From the IMG/VR virus record IMGVR_UViG_3300035703_000011: 64,000 nucleotides of DNA, one strand, 5' to 3'. The position numbers and the translations under genes are program-made. This document shows, one piece after another, positions 45,405-54,006 of the stretch. Below the pieces are notes generated by a model, which ran no database searches, was not told where the DNA came from, and saw nothing but the letters and a program-made list of their open reading frames with translations. Position 1 is the first letter of the stretch. Every line of letters begins with the position of its first letter. The stretch is from a virus.

Positions 45405-46479
45405 GTTTAAACTTATTCATTGCAGACTCAATGACAACATGCATATCCATGTACTTGTACTCAGCTAATCTACCACCAAAAATAAAATTAGTCAATGGTT
45501 TAGTTTTCTCTAAGTATTTTTTGTATATCTTTTGATTATCATCACTGTTTATTGGATAGTATGGAATTAATCCCTTTACATAATTTTGAGAATATTCATG
45601 AGTAATCACTGTTTTATTTGAATTAGTTCCTTCAAAATGTTTGTGCTCTATGCACCTCATCATCTTATGCTCTTTATCGCAGTAATTGACTACAGCATTT
45701 CCTTGCCAATTCTTCATATCTATTGTGTGGTTCACAAAATGTAAAGACCTATAATTTAGTTCTCCATATTCATAATCAAAAAATTCATCTATACACCCAG
45801 TGAATACTATTTTTCTTGCCAAGGAGTTAAAATAGTTTCTATTTGAAAAATAATTAGTTTGTAATTGTATATCAACCCCATCCAACATTTTTTCAAACAT
45901 TTTAGTATATCCCCCAACAGGAATACCTTGATATAAATCATTGAAATAATTATTGTCAAAAGTAAATCTCAGTGGCAATCTTTTGATAATAAAAGGTGGT
46001 AATTCTTTAGGACTTTTCCCCCACTGCTTTTCTGTATAATTTTTAATTAACAAATTGTAGATGTCTTCTCCAACTAAAGATAAAGATTGTTCCTCTAAAT
46101 TAGAAGGTGTTCCTTTATATCTTTGCTTATCTATTATTGCCTTAGCTTCATGTGGATATTTAACCCCCCATATTTCATAAAATGTATTCATGTTAAAGGG
46201 AAGTGAATACATTTTCCCCCCAGATATTGCCTTAGGCGAATTAATATAATTATTAAATCTAGAAAATCTATTCACAAAATCCCATACAACTTTATTACTA
46301 GTATGAAAAATATGAGCTCCATATTTGTGTACATTAATACCTTCTATATTTTCAGTATAACAATTTCCTGCTATGTGATCTCTAGAATCTAAAATCAAAC
46401 AAGACTTTCCAGAATCAGTAGCAAGTCTCGCAAAAGATGTGCCAAATAAACCACATCCTATAATTAGATAATCATACAT
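45394..46479 (-). CDS. glf: UDP-galactopyranose mutase
   Basis: YDYLIIGCGLFG (FAD fold), GAHIFHT, FNMNTF, YTEKQWG, YEYGELNYRS, EY...YYP and GRLAEYKYMDMH motifs. Confidence 0.9.
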   Translation of the reverse strand: MYDYLIIGCGLFGTSFARLATDSGKSCLILDSRDHIAGNCYTENIEGINVHKYGAHIFHTSNKVVWDFVNRFSRFNNYINSPKAISGGKMYSLPFNMNTFYEIWGVKYPHEAKAIIDKQRYKGTPSNLEEQSLSLVGEDIYNLLIKNYTEKQWGKSPKELPPFIIKRLPLRFTFDNNYFNDLYQGIPVGGYTKMFEKMLDGVDIQLQTNYFSNRNYFNSLARKIVFTGCIDEFFDYEYGELNYRSLHFVNHTIDMKNWQGNAVVNYCDKEHKMMRCIEHKHFEGTNSNKTVITHEYSQNYVKGLIPYYPINSDDNQKIYKKYLEKTKPLTNFIFGGRLAEYKYMDMHVVIESAMNKFKHES

Positions 46480-47548
46480 TGGACAGAGCTATATTATGAA
46501 GATATTGAATATATCCCCCAGTATCATTATATGCAGAATTATGAATTAAGAATACTGAATTGGGGAATGGATTTTTCCTTTCAGGATGCATCAAAATAGT
46601 TGTATACTCTAACATAGTCTTGTAATCACCCATACAGTGATATGTTTCTGCTAATCCACAGTAGTGCTCATTTCTTGTGGAGCAGTACTTTTGTGCCTTG
46701 GCAAAAGCAGTTATAGCATTTTGATATTCTCCACAAAACTTATAGGCATTTCCTACCATATATTGAGCATAATAGACCATCTCATCTTCTCTGTTGACAT
46801 AATCCACAAAACTTTGAGAATAAAAGATGCACCTACGAGCATACTCTTTTTGATGTTCATAACCTAAAGGAAAATTTGAATTTGTATAGCAATCATTATA
46901 ACTTTTGGCCACATAGAAAAAATGATAACAATCAGAAAGTAAAGTTTCTTTTGTTATATGATGGTTTTCAAGTTCTAAAGCATCAGAAAGAAACTTTGAA
47001 GAGTTCGTCCATGTCTCTCCATCATTTGTTATGATATGTCTAAAACTCTTTGGAAGATTTATTCTTTGAAATTCTTCAGTTCCTTCTAACAAAATACACT
47101 CATGTCTTTTGTCATGTCTAAATGACCAAGGCAATTTAGCATTCCAAATCCAAGTCCTATAATAAAAAGAACCTGGATCTTGAGCCATGATATTAAAACT
47201 TTGAATCATTGTTTGATCAAATATAGACCAATTAAAATCATCATCCACTTTAAGTTGCTCATCTGCATCCATTCTCAAAATCCAATCACATTGATGATCA
47301 GATTCTAGACATTTTTTCAGAGCATGATCTCTATTCCATCCTGGATAATTCCATTCAATTTGATATGTAAATCCTGGTATTTTTTTATCTTCAAAAAAAT
47401 CTTTAATAATCTTTTCAGTATTATCCTGCCCATTACATTGAATTACATAGTAATCAATGTATTCATAACAAGACTCAAGCATCCTCAAAATAACTTTCTC
47501 TTCATTTCCAACCATAGAATGAAGGCAAATTTTAGTGTTTTTCATCAA
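46472..47548 (-). CDS. GT2-like glycosyltransferase with C-terminal TPR repeats
   Basis: ICLHSMVGNEEKVILRMLES...RMDADEQL in the N-terminal part. TPR-like AQYMVGNAYKFCGEYQNAITAFAKAQ and GLAETYHCMGDYKTMLEY in the C-terminal part. Confidence 0.65.
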   Translation of the reverse strand: MMKNTKICLHSMVGNEEKVILRMLESCYEYIDYYVIQCNGQDNTEKIIKDFFEDKKIPGFTYQIEWNYPGWNRDHALKKCLESDHQCDWILRMDADEQLKVDDDFNWSIFDQTMIQSFNIMAQDPGSFYYRTWIWNAKLPWSFRHDKRHECILLEGTEEFQRINLPKSFRHIITNDGETWTNSSKFLSDALELENHHITKETLLSDCYHFFYVAKSYNDCYTNSNFPLGYEHQKEYARRCIFYSQSFVDYVNREDEMVYYAQYMVGNAYKFCGEYQNAITAFAKAQKYCSTRNEHYCGLAETYHCMGDYKTMLEYTTILMHPERKNPFPNSVFLIHNSAYNDTGGYIQYLHNIALSNV

Positions 47549-48135
47549 TCAAAAAAGAACATGTGAAATAGTCTAGAATCTGACAACTCTTTACCAAAAT
47601 ACTTAGAGGCAGAGTGTATACATTTACCATTAAAAATAACTAATCTATTGAAAACATTTCCTATAGAATCTACCAATTCAAATTTAGTACCATCATAAAA
47701 CCCGCCATCAAATGCAGTATCAATACCTAAGTCTGTTATATGTCTCGCTCTAGTGCCTTTGTGAGCAAACATTGAAGTGCCAGACTCAAATGGAGCATCA
47801 GGAGTCAAATAAACCATTCCAGCCCATTCTTGGAAGTCCGTGTGATAGACAAGGGGATCCTCTGCATTACATGTCTGAAAGACTCCATTCATTCCATATT
47901 CATCCCAGACAGTAATATCTTGCCCTATAATTTTTTCAAATATCTTTTTAGTTCCTGGAACTATAAACTGCTGCTCAGTCCTTTTTCCTTTATAATATCT
48001 TAAGTCTGCTTTAAAATCTTGCTGAAGTGCATACTCTCTTACTGCATAAGGATCAGTATAAAAGTTATCTACTACAAAAATTCTTTTATTATATTCAGGA
48101 TTAATTGCACAGTTAGTAATAAAATTCATGATCAA
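47545..48135 (-). CDS. 2OG-Fe(II) oxygenase-like protein (tandem paralogue 1)
   Basis: YHTDFQEWAGMVYLTPDAPFESGTSMF...LVIFNGKCIHSASKYFG...RLFHMFFF gives an HxD...H facial triad arrangement. Confidence 0.6.
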   Translation of the reverse strand: MIMNFITNCAINPEYNKRIFVVDNFYTDPYAVREYALQQDFKADLRYYKGKRTEQQFIVPGTKKIFEKIIGQDITVWDEYGMNGVFQTCNAEDPLVYHTDFQEWAGMVYLTPDAPFESGTSMFAHKGTRARHITDLGIDTAFDGGFYDGTKFELVDSIGNVFNRLVIFNGKCIHSASKYFGKELSDSRLFHMFFFD

Positions 48136-48698
48136 TATCTAGTATTAAAAAAGAATGTCTGGAAAAGTCTCCCATTGTGCAGATTATTTCCAAAATAATC
48201 TACTGAGGCATGAAAAAGATTGCCTGGATATAAAATCAACCTGTTGTAAATATTTCCTACTCTATCTACAACTTCCCACTTAGTATAGTCTCTAGCATCT
48301 TCTCCATAGTCTTTATTATCTACAGACATTCTGTCCATAGACTCTTTATGTCTATAAAGTGCAGTTCCCCCACTCAAAGGGGCATCTGGTGTTAGATAAC
48401 AAACACCAGCCCACATATTATTATAGTCAGAGTGAATCCAAGTCCTGTCCTCTGATGTGCAAATTTGAAAGGCACCAGTATATCCATCTCCATTTTCATC
48501 TAAAAGCCAATCAGTAACTCCACCACCTGCATGTGAAACTAAAGAACTAATCACTTCTTTATGACTTTCATTTAAAAATGATCTGGTACGAAGACCTGGA
48601 TAATTACCTCTAACAGAGTATTCTTGTGATAATGCAAAGTTTCTAACATCGTCTGGATTATCATAAAAATTATCTGCAACAATCAAATTAACCTTCAC
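48132..48698 (-). CDS. 2OG-Fe(II) oxygenase-like protein (tandem paralogue 2)
   Basis: IHSDYNNMWAGVCYLTPDAPLSGGTALY...LILYPGNLFHASVDYFG...RLFQTFFF. Confidence 0.6.
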   Translation of the reverse strand: MKVNLIVADNFYDNPDDVRNFALSQEYSVRGNYPGLRTRSFLNESHKEVISSLVSHAGGGVTDWLLDENGDGYTGAFQICTSEDRTWIHSDYNNMWAGVCYLTPDAPLSGGTALYRHKESMDRMSVDNKDYGEDARDYTKWEVVDRVGNIYNRLILYPGNLFHASVDYFGNNLHNGRLFQTFFFNTRY

Positions 48699-49446
48699 TC
48701 CAATATCCTCCAGTCCTAGAGCAATATTTTACATTAGGATCAATGTACTTAAATCCATCCCATCCAGGTTCATTTTCTGAGACTCTTTTGCCATGGAAAT
48801 AATCTCCAATATGATTGACCATTATTCCTCCATCAGAAGTTTTTAATAGACCTGCTCCAATATTATACTTTTGCTGCAAATAATTGGCAATAACAGATTC
48901 TGATGGATTAAATCCTGTTTCTTCAAATATTGGTTCTCTAGCAATCCATGCTGGGTATAAAGACATCAACATCCAAAAGTATGGAGTTGCTTTTTCATAC
49001 CTATAATTTTTAAATATCACATCATCATCTTTTGGTCCTATTTCATCAGTTTCAAATTCATACCAATTGTTTCTTTTTAACTGAACCTGTGAAAGTGTAT
49101 TGTCTTGAGAAAGAAGTTCCACAAGATCCATTACTTTCAATGGATGCATAACTTCTACATCATCTTCATGATGAAAAATATAATCATAATCTCTTTCCTT
49201 TACTATATCAAAAAGTTGTTGCCATGTTTTAGTAATGCCTAAATTTTCTTCATGTAATATTGCCTCATCATATCCATTGGAAAAAACAAACTTCAATAGA
49301 GAATCATTATCTCTACCCATTGGATAATCATCAATAAACAGATGATGAACATCTAATCCAGAAAAATCAAGTTTTTTATTTGCTTCAAATGTTTTTTCAA
49401 GAAACTCTACTCTGTTGGTAGAAAAAACTACATGTAATACTTTCAT
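48688..49446 (-). CDS. putative GT-A fold glycosyltransferase (252 aa)
   Basis: VLHVVFSTNRVEFLEKTF...IFHHEDDVEV is a Rossmann-like N-terminus plus an acidic DxD-like motif. Weak call. Confidence 0.4.
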   Translation of the reverse strand: MKVLHVVFSTNRVEFLEKTFEANKKLDFSGLDVHHLFIDDYPMGRDNDSLLKFVFSNGYDEAILHEENLGITKTWQQLFDIVKERDYDYIFHHEDDVEVMHPLKVMDLVELLSQDNTLSQVQLKRNNWYEFETDEIGPKDDDVIFKNYRYEKATPYFWMLMSLYPAWIAREPIFEETGFNPSESVIANYLQQKYNIGAGLLKTSDGGIMVNHIGDYFHGKRVSENEPGWDGFKYIDPNVKYCSRTGGYWSEG

Positions 49447-49751
49447 ACAATTACTGGTTCTCCTTTTCCTTGTGGTAATACTTTAGGTCTTGAATTTAGA
49501 TTTGAATTTTTAATGACAATAAACTTATCTCTTGGCAAGGTCCCAGCAACTTGAACTATAAACTCATCATCACCAGACCATCCAAGATCTCTCATAATTT
49601 GAAATACATCTTTCATTACATACTCAAATTTTTGCTCTTCTCTGGATTTGAGAGCAAGATCCTTAATCAGAGACTTATAGAGATCATCTATATTTTTTTC
49701 TCCAGATCTAAATGGATTGTTGTATGTTTCTTTTGTCATTTTTATTTTCAT
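49443..49751 (-). CDS. hypothetical protein (102 aa)
   Basis: ORF with a 4-nt overlap with the downstream gene. Confidence 0.5.
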   Translation of the reverse strand: MKIKMTKETYNNPFRSGEKNIDDLYKSLIKDLALKSREEQKFEYVMKDVFQIMRDLGWSGDDEFIVQVAGTLPRDKFIVIKNSNLNSRPKVLPQGKGEPVIV

Positions 49752-49850
49752 CTATCAAGTTATTATAGTCTCTTTTAAATGACATGTAAAGTTGTGGCCA
49801 AGTATTCCTAATAATTTCTGCCAATTTATATGGTGTCTCAGAACTAATCA

Positions 49851-50555
49851 TTAATACTTTTCTAGACAGTATACTCCATTTTTCTCAACAATTGCAGAAC
49901 AAGTATCACACCAATCACCGCAGCACATATATGTAATCTTACCAAAACTCCTAATATTGGCATGATGTATATGACCACAAATTACACCAGAATATTTCTT
50001 ATCTCTTTGCACACAAAATGAAGCAATATCAGTCTCATATTGATTAATGTAATTCTTACCACGAACACTATTCTTTAATGCATAAACCAAAGAGAACCGA
50101 AAAAATCTCTCCAACCAAAAACTTAATGGAGTAATAATCTCATATCCCTTATTAAACATCAACTGCTTCCAAGATCCAGAAGAATACTCTGAATACTTAT
50201 CTCCATGAACACACAGAATCTTATTGCCCTTTGAATCCTTATGAGTATATTCATCTACCATTTGAAAGTTCTTGTTCTCAAAGTTTGTATAACGACGAAT
50301 CTGTGCCTCATGATTTCCAAGAATATAAACTACCTCTGTTCCCTTCTTTGCAAGGTTAAGAATCTGATGAACACATTCCGTATGTTCTTTCTTCCAATGA
50401 GTATTGTATTTCTCTAAACAATGAATATCAATAATATCTCCAACTAAAACCAATTTCTTTGTCTTAAGTTCTTTGAGAAACTTTAAAAACTTTTGAGTAT
50501 TACAACGAGGGGTTCCCAAGTGAACATCTGAAACAAAAACTGTATCGTAAGTCAT
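49851..50555 (-). CDS. calcineurin-like metallophosphoesterase (LpxH-like)
   Basis: VFVSDVHLG, VGDIIDI, GNHE, VHGD and GHIHH motifs in canonical order. Confidence 0.8.
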   Translation of the reverse strand: MTYDTVFVSDVHLGTPRCNTQKFLKFLKELKTKKLVLVGDIIDIHCLEKYNTHWKKEHTECVHQILNLAKKGTEVVYILGNHEAQIRRYTNFENKNFQMVDEYTHKDSKGNKILCVHGDKYSEYSSGSWKQLMFNKGYEIITPLSFWLERFFRFSLVYALKNSVRGKNYINQYETDIASFCVQRDKKYSGVICGHIHHANIRSFGKITYMCCGDWCDTCSAIVEKNGVYCLEKY

Positions 50556-50557
50556 AA

Positions 50558-50719
50558 TCAGAATCTTGATGGGGTATATTCCATATCTTCAGTTAAATTA
50601 TCTAACATTTTTCCATATTCTTTGAATCTTTTATCTCCCGCAATAAAACGACGTTGACGCATCCAAACTGCATCTGCCAGAAGTTTAATCTCTTCTTCTG
50701 TGAAAGTTATAGTTTTCAT
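50558..50719 (-). CDS. small hypothetical protein (53 aa; below ORF-track cutoff)
   Basis: MKTITFTEEEIKLLADAVWMRQRRFIAGDKRFKEYGKMLDNLTEDMEYTPSRF*. It ends 2 nt before the next ATG. Confidence 0.4.
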   Translation of the reverse strand: MKTITFTEEEIKLLADAVWMRQRRFIAGDKRFKEYGKMLDNLTEDMEYTPSRF

Positions 50720-50825
50720 AGTTAAAAGGTAACTATTGTATGTATTAAAGTTCTTGTGTGAAAGACATTAGGAACATAAAGATTCCAAAGAGTTGGAAGA
50801 GGAGGAGGATGAGAAGGAAGGTCAT

Positions 50826-50851
50826 AAAAAAAGGAGTCCTTTTGGAACTCC
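50826..50851 (-). terminator. rho-independent terminator downstream of psbA
   Basis: Minus sense reads GGAGTTCC-AAAA-GGACTCC (7 bp, one bulge) followed by TTTTTTT, 22 nt after the psbA stop. Confidence 0.65.
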
Positions 50852-50873
50852 CTTATTTATTTTAGGTTTTATA

Positions 50874-51953
50874 TCAACCGATGGTTGGAGCAGTAAGAGC
50901 AACAGGAGTTACGTCAGCAGAAGCAAGGTCCAGAGGGAAGTTGTGAGCATTACGTTCATGCATCACTTCCATTCCAAGTCCAGCACGATTAAGAATGTCT
51001 GCCCATGTATTAATCACATGACCTTGACTATCTTGAATTGACTGATTGAAGTTGAAACCATTAAGGTTGAATGCCATGGTGCTAACACCAAGAGCAGCAA
51101 ACCAGATGCCTACAACTGGCCAGGCAGCAAGGAAGAAGTGAAGACTGCGAGAGTTGTTGAACGATGCATACTGGAAGATAAGACGACCAAAATATCCATG
51201 AGCAGCAACAATGTTATAAGTCTCTTCTTCTTGACCGAACTTGTAACCATAGTTCTGTGATTCAGTTTCAGTGGTTTCACGAACCAGTGAAGAAGTCACA
51301 AGAGAACCGTGCATAGCACTAAATAGAGAACCACCGAAGACACCAGCAACTCCAAGCATATGGAAGGGGTGCATCAGGATGTTGTGCTCTGCCTGGAACA
51401 CAAACATATAGTTGAAGGTTCCAGAAATACCCAGAGGCATCGCATCAGAGAAAGAACCTTGCCCAAAAGGATATACTAGGAATACAGCAGATGCAGCAGC
51501 AACAGGAGCACTGTAAGCAACCATAATCCAAGGACGCATTCCAAGACGGTATGAGAGTTCCCATTCACGACCCATGTAGCAGTAGATGCCAATGAGGAAG
51601 TGGAACACAATCAGTTGGAAAGGTCCACCATTATAAAGCCATTCATCAAGACTTGCTGCTTCCCAGATGGGATAGAAGTGAAGACCAATGGCGTTGCTTG
51701 AAGGAACAACAGCACCAGAGATAATGTTGTTTCCGTACATGAGTGAACCAGCAACAGGTTCACGAATTCCGTCGATGTCAACGGGAGGTGCAGCAATAAA
51801 GGCAACAATAAAGCAAACAGTTGCTGTAAGAAGGGTAGGAATCATAAGAGTTCCAAACCAACCAACATAAAGACGATTGTTGGTTGATGTTACCCACTCA
51901 CAAAACTGTTCCCATGTATTGCTACCACGCTGTTGAGCGATAGTTGCAGTCAT
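50874..51953 (-). CDS. psbA: photosystem II D1 protein
   Basis: [34 protein letters not shown]...[13 protein letters not shown] is full-length and uninterrupted D1. The start is taken at the conserved MT..., 17 codons inside the track ORF. Confidence 0.97.
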   Translation of the reverse strand: MTATIAQQRGSNTWEQFCEWVTSTNNRLYVGWFGTLMIPTLLTATVCFIVAFIAAPPVDIDGIREPVAGSLMYGNNIISGAVVPSSNAIGLHFYPIWEAASLDEWLYNGGPFQLIVFHFLIGIYCYMGREWELSYRLGMRPWIMVAYSAPVAAASAVFLVYPFGQGSFSDAMPLGISGTFNYMFVFQAEHNILMHPFHMLGVAGVFGGSLFSAMHGSLVTSSLVRETTETESQNYGYKFGQEEETYNIVAAHGYFGRLIFQYASFNNSRSLHFFLAAWPVVGIWFAALGVSTMAFNLNGFNFNQSIQDSQGHVINTWADILNRAGLGMEVMHERNAHNFPLDLASADVTPVALTAPTIG

Positions 51954-51986
51954 AGAAATACTCCGAGTAATTGGGGGGAATGTATT

Positions 51987-52012
51987 GTTAAGAAATGTTT
52001 TCATTCCTTAAC
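51987..52012 (-). promoter_or_regulatory. psbA 5'-leader stem-loop
   Basis: Minus sense reads GTTAAGGAATG-AAAA-CATTTCTTAAC (11 bp including one G-U), starting about 8 nt after the -10 box. Confidence 0.5.
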
Positions 52013-52020
52013 ATTTATTT

Positions 52021-52049
52021 ATCATAGCATTGTTAGGAAATGCTGGCAA
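52021..52049 (-). promoter_or_regulatory. sigma70-type promoter of psbA (TTGCCA-17 nt-TATGAT), overlapping a GATAAATA late box
   Basis: Minus sense reads TTGCCAgcatttcctaacaatgcTATGATAAATAAATG. The -35 and -10 boxes each match 5 of 6 positions with a 17-nt spacer. GATAAATA is at 52016-52023. Confidence 0.55.
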
Positions 52050-52098
52050 TAGGCACGATGACTCATTCTACCTAAATACTTAAAATTGCTCTCATGCC

Positions 52099-52290
52099 AT
52101 GCCAAGGGAATGGAATACTCCCAAGCGTGAACCTTGGAATGCCCCAATACATCAAATGTTAAAAGCAATAGACAATCACACTCAAGAATATTTTAAGAGT
52201 GGTAACATTTGGCATTTAGAAAAAGCAGAAATATTAAGACAATATTTACATGAACTTAAAACCTGGATTCATTCACAGGAAGGAAGATGA
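52099..52290 (+). CDS. small hypothetical protein (63 aa)
   Basis: Plus-strand ORF divergent from psbA. Its stop overlaps the next ATG (ATGA). Confidence 0.45.
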   Translation: MPREWNTPKREPWNAPIHQMLKAIDNHTQEYFKSGNIWHLEKAEILRQYLHELKTWIHSQEGR

Positions 52291-52526
52291 AACTTAATTT
52301 AACCAAACTCATTTTTATTGTGTGTTTTTCTGCAATAGGATTTGTAGGAATCAATTTCATCTCATGCAATTTTATGTTTCCAGGTTCAATAAATTCAGCA
52401 AATGCACTAGGAAAATTAAAAAATCCTCCTCCCTTAGATTGCAAAGAATCTGAGAGAAGAGGATATGAGGTTTTATTATCAATTTTAACTACAGTAATTG
52501 CACTGAGAACTAAAGTAGAAGATTAG
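52287..52526 (+). CDS. small membrane protein (79 aa; two hydrophobic segments)
   Basis: LIFIVCFSAIGFVGINFI and VLLSILTTVIAL hydrophobic segments. Converges on the lysozyme gene. Confidence 0.5.
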   Translation: MKLNLTKLIFIVCFSAIGFVGINFISCNFMFPGSINSANALGKLKNPPPLDCKESERRGYEVLLSILTTVIALRTKVED

Positions 52527-52987
52527 GAATTCCAAAGTTTTCCCTCTGCAATTCTTCTTCTTCTCAATCCTGCTTCCACTTTTGATCCAGGGTTGCGATA
52601 CATTTCAAGAGTTGCAGGAATTGCTTTCCAATCTTTTTCCTTCAACTTTCTAGTAATTGTGTTAAATCCAGGTGCATTATAAAAATCTGCACCTAAATTA
52701 TAAGCAAAAGAAAGTAATGCCCCCCTTTGTTTTTCATTCATTTCATTCCAGTAAGGAATTTTAGAAAGTTTAGGAAGAAAACGATTCAATACATCGTACT
52801 CTAAAAGACGATCAGCATACTCTTGAGTAATGACTCTATCTCTTTTAAATGGAGTATAGTCAAAATCTCTTGTGCTACCCCAACCAATAGTAATTGGAAG
52901 TCCTCCAGTCAAAGGATCTGGGTATGCTTTTAAATGAAGTCCTTCAAATTCTTTAATCAATTTAATTCCAACAAATGGAATTTTCAT
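52523..52987 (-). CDS. GH24-type phage lysozyme (endolysin)
   Basis: GIKLIKEFEGLHLKAYPDPLTGGLPITIGWGST is the E...D...T catalytic region pattern. Confidence 0.8.
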   Translation of the reverse strand: MKIPFVGIKLIKEFEGLHLKAYPDPLTGGLPITIGWGSTRDFDYTPFKRDRVITQEYADRLLEYDVLNRFLPKLSKIPYWNEMNEKQRGALLSFAYNLGADFYNAPGFNTITRKLKEKDWKAIPATLEMYRNPGSKVEAGLRRRRIAEGKLWNS

Positions 52988-53688
52988 GACTTTTTTCCTT
53001 TAAATATTCTTCCCCATCCAGATTTTGGACCATCAACTGTCCATCTCTTTTCCAAAACTGACTTCTTATATACAGCACCTTTTCCATTAGTAACAGCACC
53101 AGTATACCCATCATTGAGTGATCCATAAGGATCATTGACAACATAGTCTCCAGCAGGAGTCTTGCCAATTACTACTATCATGTGTCCACCAGTAGGAGCA
53201 GATAAAGGACCCCTATGGAGTATACCAATAACAACAGGTCTATTATTAGAGAGTTCAAAATCAAGATCTGAAAAAGATAGATGATAATTAAAGGATGATT
53301 CTATCCCATAACTCATCAATACCTTTGTCTGAACTACATGATCAGTAGTATCTCCAATTGAAAATACTTTTCTAACATAATCATCATCACCTTTTGGCCC
53401 TTTTAACGTGCCTGGTTTAAAATATTCAAGACACATAGCACAACTAGAACTGTTACAAGTACGGTTAGCATCTCTGTAATTGTCTGTTTGTGGATAAAAT
53501 GGTACAGTTAAAATATTTACTTTTGGCGATTCTATTTTTGTTCTAAAAATTCTGACCCAATTTGAGGTATCTTCAACCAAATCATCAGCTCTGAGTAGAA
53601 GATCTTTTTGAAATTGCTCCACAGCAGCTAAATGCTTTGGATTTTTTTCATCAAAATGTTTAAAGAAATTAATAAGATCTATTTTCAT
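52984..53688 (-). CDS. papain-like C39_2-type cysteine peptidase (possible cell-wall peptidase)
   Basis: NRTCNSSSCAMCLEYF (Cys), GGHMIVVIGK (His) and VNDPYG (Asp) occur in the family order. Confidence 0.5.
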   Translation of the reverse strand: MKIDLINFFKHFDEKNPKHLAAVEQFQKDLLLRADDLVEDTSNWVRIFRTKIESPKVNILTVPFYPQTDNYRDANRTCNSSSCAMCLEYFKPGTLKGPKGDDDYVRKVFSIGDTTDHVVQTKVLMSYGIESSFNYHLSFSDLDFELSNNRPVVIGILHRGPLSAPTGGHMIVVIGKTPAGDYVVNDPYGSLNDGYTGAVTNGKGAVYKKSVLEKRWTVDGPKSGWGRIFKGKKS

Positions 53689-53709
53689 TTTACTTTATAA
53701 AATTAGTAC

Positions 53710-53871
53710 TTAATATCTATATTCTTCAATTTTATCTAACAACTTATTCAAATATTTGTTAGCAAGACTCTTTGGATCTGAAGTGTAAGTGACATCTTCA
53801 CAATGTAATTCATACTTTAATTTCAATGCATACATTTTAATTTCATCTCTAGTCAATTGATTTCTTGGCAT
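53710..53871 (-). CDS. small hypothetical protein (53 aa; below ORF-track cutoff)
   Basis: MPRNQLTRDEIKMYALKLKYELHCEDVTYTSDPKSLANKYLNKLLDKIEEYRY*. Confidence 0.35.
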   Translation of the reverse strand: MPRNQLTRDEIKMYALKLKYELHCEDVTYTSDPKSLANKYLNKLLDKIEEYRY

Positions 53872-53876
53872 AAAAG

Positions 53877-53918
53877 AAAAAACTCTAAGGATATTTAGAA
53901 TAATCCTTAGAGTTTTTT
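53877..53918 (-). terminator. strong rho-independent terminator (16-bp stem)
   Basis: aaaaaactctaaggat / atccttagagtttttt with a 10-nt loop. In minus sense it is followed by TTTTCTTTT. It is symmetric, so it could also act on the plus strand. Confidence 0.7.
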
Positions 53919-53919
53919 A

Positions 53920-54006
53920 TTAATATGTCTTGAATATCTGATTTACTGAATGAAATAGAAGAACTAAAAAAGTTATACTTGTTACTGTAAATACAACTTC
54001 TCCCAT
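53920..54006 (-). CDS. 28-aa single-TM micro-ORF coupled to hli
   Basis: MGEVVFTVTSITFLVLLFHSVNQIFKTY*. Its ATG overlaps the hli TGA (TGATG), and its stop lies 2 nt before the terminator stem. Confidence 0.4.
   Translation of the reverse strand: MGEVVFTVTSITFLVLLFHSVNQIFKTY

Noticed and set aside
49711-49851. Possible 46-aa ORF (MISSETPYKLAEIIRNTWPQLYMSFKRDYNNLIDENKND...) whose ATG overlaps the stop of the phosphoesterase gene.
   Set aside because: It would overlap the next gene's start by ~40 nt in another frame. It is too short and unsupported to call.
50720-50824. Possible weak promoter (TTTCAC-17 nt-TACAAT) and a polypurine tract (GGAAGAGGAGGAGGATGAGAAGGAAGG) downstream of the psbA terminator.
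   Set aside because: The -35 match is poor and I cannot distinguish it from chance in AT-rich DNA. It is noted but not called.
50793-51041. Plus-strand 82-aa ORF overlapping the psbA 3' end and terminator.
   Set aside because: It is antisense to psbA and spans a polypurine tract and the terminator hairpin. It has no start-site signals.
50874-52004. I looked for a group I intron or homing endonuclease interrupting psbA, and at the 17-codon N-terminal extension in the track.
   Set aside because: The D1 frame is continuous and of normal length (359 aa from [11 protein letters not shown]). The extension lies in the 5' leader and hairpin region.
52962-53168. 68-aa minus-strand ORF and 64-aa plus-strand ORF (52934..53128) at the lysozyme/peptidase junction.
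   Set aside because: They are alternative frames inside two well-supported overlapping genes.
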